Below, one piece after another: positions 8,712-16,509 of a DNA stretch of 64,000 nt. This DNA comes from an uncultured Bacteroidales bacterium (GTDB lineage Bacteria; Bacteroidota; Bacteroidia; Bacteroidales; Paludibacteraceae), in NCBI GenBank assembly GCA_937885465.1, contig CAKZZM010000154.1:7760-71759 (forward strand), read 5' to 3'. How positions within the stretch are numbered: the first letter of the stretch is position 1; every line of letters starts with the position of its first letter. The translations under genes were made by a program, and so were the position numbers. A model generated the notes under the pieces. The model had not been told where the DNA came from. It ran no database searches and saw only the letters and a program-made list of their open reading frames with translations.

Positions 8712-10787
8712 TTATCTTATCTTGTTGCCTAAGGTATTGTAGTACGTACCATCGCGGACTATAATTATTTGTCCGTTCTCAATAGTCTTATAGGTGAGCG
8801 AGTTGTAGGTGTTCGTTTGTGGTTGTTCCGCAAATTCTATCTCTGTTGCTACTTGTGAGCCGTGCACTATTCTCGCCCGCTGTATCACCCCTGCAGATAC
8901 ATCGTGCACCACGAAGTATGCCCGCGTACCTTTTATATCGATGTCGCCTGTCGGGAAGTAGAGTAAGTTGTTGGCACCGAGGAAGAGGTTGTTCTCGCCG
9001 GCAGGGATTGTGCCCTTAATGAATGAGCCGACGAAGTTGGCGTTGGTGCCGTTAGTTGTCAAATGAGAAGTACTCTTATATATTGTATGAGAGTTAAACA
9101 ACGGATTGACAACATCCTGCGTCGGCTTAATCAGATACGGTCTGCCATACGTAGCAGCGGACAAATCGACGTTAGAGAAATTCAATGTCAGCACGCCGTC
9201 AGCTAATGTGGCGGATGACATCTCTAACAACTCGTAACCGGCACCGAAGATCGTTTCCAATTCAGCCGCTGTTACACCGTTGAATGGGAAGCAAACGGTG
9301 TTGTACATGCCGCCTTTGAAAGAACGTTTAAGCAGCGGTTTCATTGAAGCACCATTCTTTTCATTGATATAAGCCATATCGGTGGCTAATTCATCAATAA
9401 TCAAAATGTTTGCAACTTGTGCAGACGAAAGTGCCGTCAGGTAACCATTAGAATAATTTTTCGGATTAGATAACTTCAATACGTAATCACCGGCACTCAA
9501 GAACCATTCGGGAGAGGTGATAACCTTATCACTTTGGTTATACTCGTATTGAGGAGTATAGGAGTGCAGTTCGTTGTCTTCGTTATCCAATACTTTGATA
9601 GTCAGGTTCGACCAGTTGGTGCTACTACAGGTTGCCGTAAACGTATATACTCCGTCTTCTGCCACATGGATGTTCCATTTAGCCCACTCGTCGGAAATAG
9701 TTGAGAGGTGCCCTGCATCTGTGAAGTGAAGTTCACCTGTTTCTCTATATGCTCGTGAACTCAGTATAGCATCTGACAACGTTATCGTACCCGGAATATC
9801 AACCGAATTACCACATTCATAGGTGAGTGTGATGCTATTAAGTTTAACTTTGGAAAAAGCTGTCATATTCATAACTTTTAGCATATACTTACCGGCAGGA
9901 ACATTTCTTAAATCCAAAGTGCCAAACGTATATGATGTCTCAGAAGAAGATCTGCTGCTTTCGGGAGCCGGTATATGAGCAACGATAGTGTTGCTTGCAA
10001 CATCCACAAGCCAGAACTCAAATTTCCAACCATTGGTAGAAGTTACGTTTGTTGTTACATCATAAATAGCCGGGTTTGTTAGATTAATCGGGAAAGCAGC
10101 CCAACGTAATGTATCGTAGCGGTTATCGCGAAGTCCGAAATCTACATACTCGCCAACTTCTCCCATACTCGGATGTGCGAATACATTGGTAGTTGTAAGT
10201 GTCGTGGTACCTGCTACTGTGGTATAGGAGCGAGTCTTATACAAGAATCCATTTGCAGGGCTGAATGAATTTACGGCAGGCGAAGAACGATCCGGACAGA
10301 ACCAAGCACCGCTATTGTAATGCATGGCAAAGCTGAACTTACTGCCCAATGTTGTGATATATGTTGCGGGGAAGCCAATTTCAATTACTTTGTTGTCAGC
10401 AGAAATAGCTTTAGGAAAGCTTATCCAGCTTCCTCCGGAGCTAACTCCTGTAGTTGCTGTATACTCAATACCCATTGCTGAGAATCCCCAATACTCCGAA
10501 ATGGTGTTTGTGGATTTGCTATAGTCTGCATCAATAAATGCAGTAGGGTATTGAGCCCATGTATTATCAAAATCGGTTGTGTTTTCCATCATGTATGCCA
10601 AAGCGTTTGTGCCAAGTTCTGCATCGGCTGCAGGTATGACTTTAAGCATAGGCCATGTGCCGGGTTCGCTTAACATAGGAACTTCAGCCCAATCGGATTT
10701 GTTGCCATCAATAGTGATAGTCGGACCTGTAGCAGTCGCGAGGATTGAAAGCAGTAATGCGGGAATAAGGAAGAATAGTTTTTTCAT
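8712..10787 (-). CDS. secreted multidomain protein with carbohydrate-binding-like N-terminus and T9SS-like C-terminal tail
   Basis: Signal peptide MKKLFFLIPALLLSILATA. The ITIDGNKSDWAEVP motif resembles CBM9/DOMON-like modules and also occurs in the 37462 lipoprotein. The C-terminus IENGQIIIVRDGTYYNTLGNKIR is shared with four other secreted proteins in the window. Confidence 0.75.
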   Translation of the reverse strand: MKKLFFLIPALLLSILATATGPTITIDGNKSDWAEVPMLSEPGTWPMLKVIPAADAELGTNALAYMMENTTDFDNTWAQYPTAFIDADYSKSTNTISEYWGFSAMGIEYTATTGVSSGGSWISFPKAISADNKVIEIGFPATYITTLGSKFSFAMHYNSGAWFCPDRSSPAVNSFSPANGFLYKTRSYTTVAGTTTLTTTNVFAHPSMGEVGEYVDFGLRDNRYDTLRWAAFPINLTNPAIYDVTTNVTSTNGWKFEFWLVDVASNTIVAHIPAPESSRSSSETSYTFGTLDLRNVPAGKYMLKVMNMTAFSKVKLNSITLTYECGNSVDIPGTITLSDAILSSRAYRETGELHFTDAGHLSTISDEWAKWNIHVAEDGVYTFTATCSSTNWSNLTIKVLDNEDNELHSYTPQYEYNQSDKVITSPEWFLSAGDYVLKLSNPKNYSNGYLTALSSAQVANILIIDELATDMAYINEKNGASMKPLLKRSFKGGMYNTVCFPFNGVTAAELETIFGAGYELLEMSSATLADGVLTLNFSNVDLSAATYGRPYLIKPTQDVVNPLFNSHTIYKSTSHLTTNGTNANFVGSFIKGTIPAGENNLFLGANNLLYFPTGDIDIKGTRAYFVVHDVSAGVIQRARIVHGSQVATEIEFAEQPQTNTYNSLTYKTIENGQIIIVRDGTYYNTLGNKIR

Positions 10788-10813
10788 CGTATTATGATTT
10801 TAAGCGTTTACTA

Positions 10814-10925
10814 AGTTGAAAGTTGAAAGTTGAAAGGTGAAAGTGCGGGCAGAGCCATAAAGTGGAAAGTCCGGCAAGTCCGGAAAGTCCGGAAAGTGCG
10901 GAGAGCCCGGAGAGTCCGGAAAGCC
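10814..10925. repeat. RepG heptamer/nonamer array with an embedded RepC
   Basis: AAGTTGAAAGTTGAAAGTTGAAAGGTGAAAGTGCGGGCAGAGCCATAAAGTGGAAAGTCCGGCAAGTCCGGAAAGTCCGGAAAGTGCGGAGAGCCCGGAGAGTCCGGAAAG. Confidence 0.9.
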
Positions 10926-11094
10926 CCCTTTTTCGCCTTTTCCGCTGAGTTATACGTCACCACTCCCTTTTGACAAATTTATTAAATTACTCGCGCCTTA
11001 AGAATATAATGTATTGTGTTATGAAGCATTATTTGCAATTCCGATTTCCAACGAGATAGTTAATATGCAGATACTCAATAATATATGGTATAAT

Positions 11095-11235
11095 GTTTCG
11101 AAACTGATTTTTATTTCGCAATATTTCGAAATTTTATGTCCTTTCGCTTTATGGGGTGTAATGTGTTTATAAATATAGAGTTATGCCTTTTATAGATAAA
11201 ATATGTTACAAAGCATAATATTTCGTTTCGAAAGC
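11095..11235. promoter_or_regulatory. cluster of TTTCG / CGAAA half-sites upstream of agaS (candidate DeoR/AgaR-type operators)
   Basis: GTTTCGAAAC (11095-11104), ATTTCGCAA (11113), ATTTCGAAAT (11123-11132), CTTTCGC (11140), TTTCGTTTCGAAAGC (11221-11235). The same motif type occurs at 29061-29108 next to the DeoR gene. Confidence 0.4.
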
Positions 11236-11250
11236 ATAATGTGATTATGT

Positions 11251-11258
11251 TACCTTTG
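11251..11258 (+). promoter_or_regulatory. -7 box TAccTTTG upstream of agaS
   Basis: Exact TAnnTTTG match 86 nt upstream of the ATG at 11344. No clean -33 TTTG found. Confidence 0.4.
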
Positions 11259-11343
11259 CACTGCCCGACAATGTACCATGTACGAAAGTCCGGGCAGAAC
11301 CCTAAAGTTGAAAGCCGAAAGTTATACTACAAAGCAAATAGAT

Positions 11344-12555
11344 ATGACACATTTCACTTATTCAGAGATTCATCAGCAGCCCGAGATGTGGCGCAAAGAG
11401 TTGCAAGTCCTGCTAAGTGCGAAAGCAGAGATAAGTGCGTTCATGCGCAAGTACCTCACTCCCGACACGGACGTTGTGCTGACCGGTGCAGGCACATCGG
11501 CGTTCATTGGGGATGCCATCTGTCCGGTGATGCGCGGTATGTGGCGGAATGTGCGTTCGGTGCCGACAACCGACTTGATTACCCACTCGGAGTATCTGTT
11601 GGACAAGGAGCGTCCGTTGCTGCTGATTAGTTTTGCCCGTTCGGGCAACAGTCCGGAGAGCGTGGGTGCAGTGAACCTTGCGAACAAGTTGTGCAAGAAC
11701 GTGGCGCACATCTACATAACCTGCAACAAGAACGGAAAGCTGGCACAACAAGCAATAGAAAGTGCGGATAGAGCCCTAAAGTCTGAACGTTCGGACTTAT
11801 TAGTGGAGAACGTCTCTGAACGTTCTCAGACGTTCTCCACTATTAAGAAAGTCGAAAGTAACATATTGCTGTTGCTGTTGCCGGAGGAGACGGATGACAA
11901 GAGTTTGGCTATGACGAGCAGTTTCTCAACTATGCTGCTGACGTGCCTGATGCTCGGGCACATCGATACGCTTGAGCAGGATGCCGAGATGATAGAGAAA
12001 GCGGTGAAGAACGCCGAGTGCGTGATAGCCGATTATGAGGACAAGCTGCAAGAGATTGGCAGTCGCAAGTTCGAACGCGGTGTCTTCCTCGGCAGTGGCG
12101 CACTGAAAGGTATCGCCGAGGAATGCCACCTGAAGTTGCAGGAGCTGACGGATGGTGCAGTGGTGTGTAAGTTCGACTCGTTCTTAGGTTTCCGTCACGG
12201 ACCCAAAGCAGTGGTGAACGATAAGTCGATAGTCGTCTATCTGATGACGAACGAGGAGGATGTGATGCGTTACGAGCGCGACCTGATACGTCAGGTGGAC
12301 GGCAACAACAACCCCGTGGCGCAGGTGATTGTTATCTCGGGGCGTGACCCCGAGATGCCGGAGGTGAAAGCTGACCTTGTGGTGAAGATGCCCTACAGCA
12401 AGGCGGAGACGGATTTCTATGGTATAGTGTCGTACGTGTTAGTGGGGCAGCTGTTGGGGTACTACGCATCTCTCGCCCACAGCCTCAATCCCGACGCGCC
12501 ATCCGTCAGCGGGAACATACACCGAGTAGTGGAGGGAGTGACTATCTACGAGTAA
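11344..12555 (+). CDS. agaS: AgaS-type SIS-domain galactosamine-6-phosphate deaminase/isomerase carrying a 32-codon repeat insertion
   Basis: Collinear with E. coli AgaS as I recall it: LTGAGTSAFIGD, VPTTDL, PLLLISFARSGNSPESV, ITCN, AMTSSFS, GFRHGPK, PDAPSVSGNIHRVVEGV. I prefer the ATG at 11344 (MTHFTYSEIHQQPEMW) over the ORF-track start 11278, because the extra 22 codons are RepC/RepG sequence. Confidence 0.85.
   Translation: MTHFTYSEIHQQPEMWRKELQVLLSAKAEISAFMRKYLTPDTDVVLTGAGTSAFIGDAICPVMRGMWRNVRSVPTTDLITHSEYLLDKERPLLLISFARSGNSPESVGAVNLANKLCKNVAHIYITCNKNGKLAQQAIESADRALKSERSDLLVENVSERSQTFSTIKKVESNILLLLLPEETDDKSLAMTSSFSTMLLTCLMLGHIDTLEQDAEMIEKAVKNAECVIADYEDKLQEIGSRKFERGVFLGSGALKGIAEECHLKLQELTDGAVVCKFDSFLGFRHGPKAVVNDKSIVVYLMTNEEDVMRYERDLIRQVDGNNNPVAQVIVISGRDPEMPEVKADLVVKMPYSKAETDFYGIVSYVLVGQLLGYYASLAHSLNPDAPSVSGNIHRVVEGVTIYE
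11764..11859. repeat. 96-nt composite repeat (RepC-like, RepA, partial inverted RepA, RepG) in frame inside agaS
   Basis: Encodes [32 protein letters not shown]. It is bounded by the direct hexamer GAAAGT (11758-11763 and 11854-11859), exactly 96 nt apart. Confidence 0.85.
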
Positions 12556-12563
12556 ACGAGAAG

Positions 12564-12612
12564 AATAGTTGACTATCTGAATAGTTGACTATCTGACTAT
12601 CCGACTATCCGA
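12564..12612. repeat. short tandem repeats (AATAGTTGACTATCTG x2, then ACTATCCG x2)
   Basis: Read directly between agaS and the gatZ-like gene. Confidence 0.85.
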
Positions 12613-12638
12613 CAAGAAAAATAAAAAAACAAAACAAT

Positions 12639-13868
12639 ATGGCTAAAACAGAAAACATCCTCCGCGTGATGGAGGAACTGAAAGAAAAAACAGGTGTTCC
12701 GCGCACCCTTTTCGCTGCGTGTCCTAACTCACTTGCAGTAATCAAGGCATCGTTCCGTGCTGCCAAGCGTAATAACTCACCCATCTATTTCGCCACGACG
12801 CTTAACCAAGTGGATTGCGACGGCGGCTACACCGGCATGACGCAGGCCGAGTTCACTAAGATACTCGCCCGTGAGGCAGCGGCAGTACACTATACCGGTC
12901 CGTATGTTGTGGCTATCGACCACGGCGGACCGTGGCTGAAAGATAAGCAGTCGATTGAGCGTTGGAATACCGAGCGTGCCATGCAAGGCGTGAAAGAGAG
13001 TTATGAGGCTGCTATTCTTGCCGGCTATGACCTCATCCATGTTGACCCGACAGTGGATATCTTCCTGCCTAAAGGACAAATAATTGATATTCATGTTGTT
13101 GTCAAGCGTACCGTCGAACTGATTAAGCACGCCGAAGACTTCCGCAAAGCGCATAACTTACCACCTATCTCTTACGAGGTGGGAACGGAAGAGGTGCACG
13201 GCGGATTGGCCGACGACAAGACCTTCGATACTTTCTTGACAGGCTTGAAGGCAGGTTTGCACGAGGTTGGACTCGATGATATATGGCCGTGCTTTATTGT
13301 GGGGAAAGTTGGTACTGACCTGCATACCACTTTCTTCGATGCCGATGTGGCACGAAAACTGACGGCTAAGGTTAGACCTTACGGCAGTTATATCAAGGGG
13401 CACTATTCCGATGATGTGGATAATCCCGAAGATTATCCTAAGGCAGGTATGGGAGCCGCCAATGTAGGACCTGAATTCACTATGAATGAGTATGATGCTC
13501 TCGCTGAACTCGAAGAGGAAGAGAAGAAGTTGTTTGCCGAAGGTAAAGTGGCGCAACTGAGCAATATGACACAAGTCCTATGGAAATTAGTGCACGAGAG
13601 TAACCGATGGAAGAAATGGCTACACGGGGACGAGGTCGGCAAAGACCTGAGCGAGTGCTCGCCAGAACGACAACTATGGCTCGTGCAGACAGGCTGCCGA
13701 TATATATGGCAGAAGCCGGAAGCACTCGTCGCCCGTCAGATGCTCTACGATAATCTTAACCACCTCGGCATAAATGCCGAAGAGGTCGTGCTGATGCGCA
13801 TAGAGCATAATATGGATAAGTATTATAATGCGTTCAATATAGTTAATCTGAATGATTATTTGAAATAG
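12639..13868 (+). CDS. GatZ/KbaZ-family protein (tagatose-bisphosphate aldolase accessory subunit / tagatose-6-phosphate 4-epimerase family)
   Basis: 409 aa. The N-terminal block ACPNSLAVIKASFRAAKRNNSPIYFATTLNQVDCDGGYTGMTQAEF parallels the GatZ block ...[21 protein letters not shown]. Confidence 0.8.
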   Translation: MAKTENILRVMEELKEKTGVPRTLFAACPNSLAVIKASFRAAKRNNSPIYFATTLNQVDCDGGYTGMTQAEFTKILAREAAAVHYTGPYVVAIDHGGPWLKDKQSIERWNTERAMQGVKESYEAAILAGYDLIHVDPTVDIFLPKGQIIDIHVVVKRTVELIKHAEDFRKAHNLPPISYEVGTEEVHGGLADDKTFDTFLTGLKAGLHEVGLDDIWPCFIVGKVGTDLHTTFFDADVARKLTAKVRPYGSYIKGHYSDDVDNPEDYPKAGMGAANVGPEFTMNEYDALAELEEEEKKLFAEGKVAQLSNMTQVLWKLVHESNRWKKWLHGDEVGKDLSECSPERQLWLVQTGCRYIWQKPEALVARQMLYDNLNHLGINAEEVVLMRIEHNMDKYYNAFNIVNLNDYLK

Positions 13869-14020
13869 TCCGGAGGGTCCGGAGATTCCGGAAAGTCCGA
13901 AAAGTCCGGAGATTCCGGAAAGTCCGGAAAGTCCGGAAAGTCCGAAAAGTCCGGAAAGTCCGAAGATTCCGGAAAGTCCGAAGATTCCGGAAAGTCCGAA
14001 CGCTCGGAGGCGTTCTCCAC
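13869..14020. repeat. 15 tandem 9-nt units (TCCGGAAAG and variants, 13869-14003) running into an inverted RepA (13998-14020)
   Basis: Units counted one by one. The array starts at the base after the gatZ-like stop codon and ends 10 nt before the esterase ATG. Confidence 0.95.
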
Positions 14021-14029
14021 TATTCTGAT

Positions 14030-15430
14030 ATGAAGAAACCTGCGTATATATTATTTGCGATGTTGGCGGTGATGCTGTGTGCTTGCGGCGGTTGCAAAGG
14101 TCCTGTATCACAGGACGAGCCGCAGCAGGAGCAGCCGGTAACGGAACAAGTTGACCTGAGTCTGATCAAGCAATCCGTACCCGTAACCGATGACTGGGTT
14201 TGGAGCGGCAAGCCGGACATAACGATTCATATCGAGAATGGTAATGCGGTAGCCGTGAAAGTGGGCGTGTCGGTTCGCTACGCGAAGGACAATAAGGAAA
14301 AGGTGGAAACCGTGACTGACAGCGTAGAGGTGCCTGCCAACGGAGCGATAGACTACAAGGCGACTACGACTACGATGTTGAATCCGGGAGTGTATCGCGC
14401 CGGTTGCTACGTGAATAATAAGGTCGCACGGAACTTCAATTTTGCTATTGATCCGTTCAGTATCAAGTCAGAACCGGATAAGCAGCCGGATTTCGATGAG
14501 TTTTGGCAGAATGCCAAGGAGCAGTTGGCAGGTGTGGAAATGAACGCCACGCTGACTGAGTTGCCGGAAAAGAGCAGTACGATACGTAAGGTTTATTTAG
14601 TGGAGATGTACTCCGTGCCTGATGATCCTTCGGGTGAGCCGGTGAAGATCCGCGGTTACTACTGCGAGCCGCAGGACGGGCAGAAGCACCCTGTGATTAT
14701 GCACTACTACGGCTACGACACGCAGGGCAGTACGGCCAAGTGCGAGTGTCCGAGCGGCGGTTCGTCGAAGTACGCGGAGTTCTACCTGTCGCATCGCGGG
14801 CAGTATCTGAACAACCGTCCCGCCTCGACGGGTAACCCGGGTGTGACAGAGGATTGCGTTAGTTACTATGGCGACTGGTTCTCGTACAACTTCGGCAACC
14901 GAGACACGTGGTATTACCGCGGCGCGTATATGGATGTGGTGCAGTCGGTACGGTTCATGGCAACGCGTGAGACGAGCGACATGACGAAGCTGTTCGGCGA
15001 AGGGTCGAGTCAGGGCGGTGCGCTGACCTACGCTGCTGCCGCGTTGAGCGATTATCCGTTCTCGGCTATCGCCTGCAATGTGGCTTTCCTCGGCGATTTT
15101 GCGGATGCGATGGACGGCATAGGCGGCTTGGCGATGGAGCTGACTAAGGGGGCACGCGGTTCGATGAGCAATGAAGAGGTGCTCAAGTTCCTGAGTTACT
15201 TCGACACGAAGAACCTCGCTACTCATATATCATGCGCAGTGTTGGCAAGTAGCGGATTGCAGGATGATGTGTGCCCGCCAAGAACGAATATTGTGCCGTT
15301 CAATAACATCGCCGTGGCAGAGGCGGACAAGGAGTACGTGTTCGGTCCTGAGATGGGACACGACTACCCTAAAAACTGGAATAGTAAGATGTGGGAGTTG
15401 TTTAATAAGTTAAATCAGAAATACGAATAA
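14030..15430 (+). CDS. CE7/AXE1-like acetyl esterase lipoprotein
   Basis: Lipoprotein signal MKKPAYILFAMLAVMLCACGGC. Nucleophile elbow GEGSSQGGAL (G-x-S-x-G). Overall alpha/beta-hydrolase layout of acetyl xylan esterase / cephalosporin-C deacetylase family members. Confidence 0.75.
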   Translation: MKKPAYILFAMLAVMLCACGGCKGPVSQDEPQQEQPVTEQVDLSLIKQSVPVTDDWVWSGKPDITIHIENGNAVAVKVGVSVRYAKDNKEKVETVTDSVEVPANGAIDYKATTTTMLNPGVYRAGCYVNNKVARNFNFAIDPFSIKSEPDKQPDFDEFWQNAKEQLAGVEMNATLTELPEKSSTIRKVYLVEMYSVPDDPSGEPVKIRGYYCEPQDGQKHPVIMHYYGYDTQGSTAKCECPSGGSSKYAEFYLSHRGQYLNNRPASTGNPGVTEDCVSYYGDWFSYNFGNRDTWYYRGAYMDVVQSVRFMATRETSDMTKLFGEGSSQGGALTYAAAALSDYPFSAIACNVAFLGDFADAMDGIGGLAMELTKGARGSMSNEEVLKFLSYFDTKNLATHISCAVLASSGLQDDVCPPRTNIVPFNNIAVAEADKEYVFGPEMGHDYPKNWNSKMWELFNKLNQKYE

Positions 15431-15432
15431 CC

Positions 15433-16410
15433 ATGAAGCAGTTTGATATCATCGCCTTAGGCGAGTTGAATGTGGATTTGATACTCAATCAGATAGATGG
15501 TTTTCCTGAAGTAGGTAAGGAGAAATTTTTGAAGCAGATGACCCTGACCTTAGGTAGCAGTACCGCTATCTTTGCTGCCAATGCCGCTGCCTTAGGTGCC
15601 AAGGTGGCGTTCTGCGGAATGATAGGCAACGATAGTTTCGGCGACCTCGTAGAAACAAGTCTGCAAAAGAAAGGTGTGGACACTCGTTTCCTTATTCGGC
15701 AAGATAAGTACGCCACGGGGGCAACAATATGCATGAGTTATGACGAGGATCGTGCCAATCTTACCTATCAAGGGGCAATGGACTATATGTCGCTCGCAGA
15801 TATTAACCCCGAAGTGTTTAAGGTGGCGAAACATATTCATATATCATCCATCTTTATGCAAAGCGGCATACGCCGCGATATTGTGAAGATTCTCAATATC
15901 TGCAAAGAGAATGGCATCACCACCTCGCTCGACAGTCAGTGGGATCCGACCGAGAAGTGGGACATTAACCTGCAAGAAGTACTGCCACTCGTTACTTTAT
16001 TTATGCCCAACGAGACCGAACTGAAGTTCCTTACGAAGAGTGAGACTTTAGAAGAAGCGATAGAGAAAATTCGTCCATATACCAACGCTGCTGTTATAAA
16101 GTGTGGCAGCCGCGGCTCGATACTTATTCGTAAGGGTGAATTGCGGGACTCAGGAGAGCTTCAAACCTTTCCTGACAGAGTGCAAGAGGCGTTGCTTAAC
16201 ACTAATGTGGTGGATTGTATCGGTGCAGGTGACTCGTTCAATGCAGGGTTTATCGCTCGTTTCGCGGCAGGCGATGCCCTTGACCTGTGTCAGCAGTACG
16301 GCAATATGACCGGTGCTGTGAACACTACCGCCGCAGGCGGAACAGCAGCCTTCACCTCACGAGAGGAAGTAGAACGCATCGGACGAGAACGATTTGGCTG
16401 GGAGAAATAG
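15433..16410 (+). CDS. PfkB (ribokinase) family sugar kinase
   Basis: 325 aa. N-terminal GELNVDL and C-terminal VVDCIGAGDSFNAGF (PfkB signature 2). The start is 2 nt after the esterase stop. Confidence 0.85.
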   Translation: MKQFDIIALGELNVDLILNQIDGFPEVGKEKFLKQMTLTLGSSTAIFAANAAALGAKVAFCGMIGNDSFGDLVETSLQKKGVDTRFLIRQDKYATGATICMSYDEDRANLTYQGAMDYMSLADINPEVFKVAKHIHISSIFMQSGIRRDIVKILNICKENGITTSLDSQWDPTEKWDINLQEVLPLVTLFMPNETELKFLTKSETLEEAIEKIRPYTNAAVIKCGSRGSILIRKGELRDSGELQTFPDRVQEALLNTNVVDCIGAGDSFNAGFIARFAAGDALDLCQQYGNMTGAVNTTAAGGTAAFTSREEVERIGRERFGWEK

Positions 16411-16431
16411 TGGAGAACGTCTCCGAACGTT
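16410..16431 (+). repeat. RepA copy whose TAG provides the pfkB stop codon
   Basis: GAG AAA TAG TGGAGAACGTCTCCGAACGTT. The TAG at 16408-16410 is the 5-prime TAG of the extended RepA consensus. Confidence 0.9.
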
Positions 16432-16509
16432 TGGTAGTAGCGTTGTCAATTACGCCGAATATTATTCGGCAGCCCCTTCATAAATAGCGTAAGCGCTTCG
16501 TAAATAATT

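Noticed and set aside
11278-11343. Longer 5-prime extensions offered by the ORF track: 11278 for agaS, 21100 for paralogue 3, 46704 for smpB, 49180 for lpxB, 55716 for the TonB-dependent receptor, 46599 for flotillin, 48923 for the small membrane protein, and the TTG starts 29216, 35616 and 57134.
   Set aside because: The extensions read through repeat or promoter sequence. In each case an internal ATG begins a canonical N-terminus (a signal peptide or a conserved family start), so I used the shorter coordinates.
13674-14111. ORF-track entries made largely of repeat sequence, for example 13674..14111(-) GLSGIFGLSG..., 8311..8538(-), 5930..6136(-), 5994..6182(+), 40885..41196(-), 57770..58018(-), 61163..61693(-), 46591..46830(+) and 32333..32599(-).
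   Set aside because: They exist only because the repeat units lack stop codons. They have low-complexity translations ([23 protein letters not shown]), no start context and no homology-like features.
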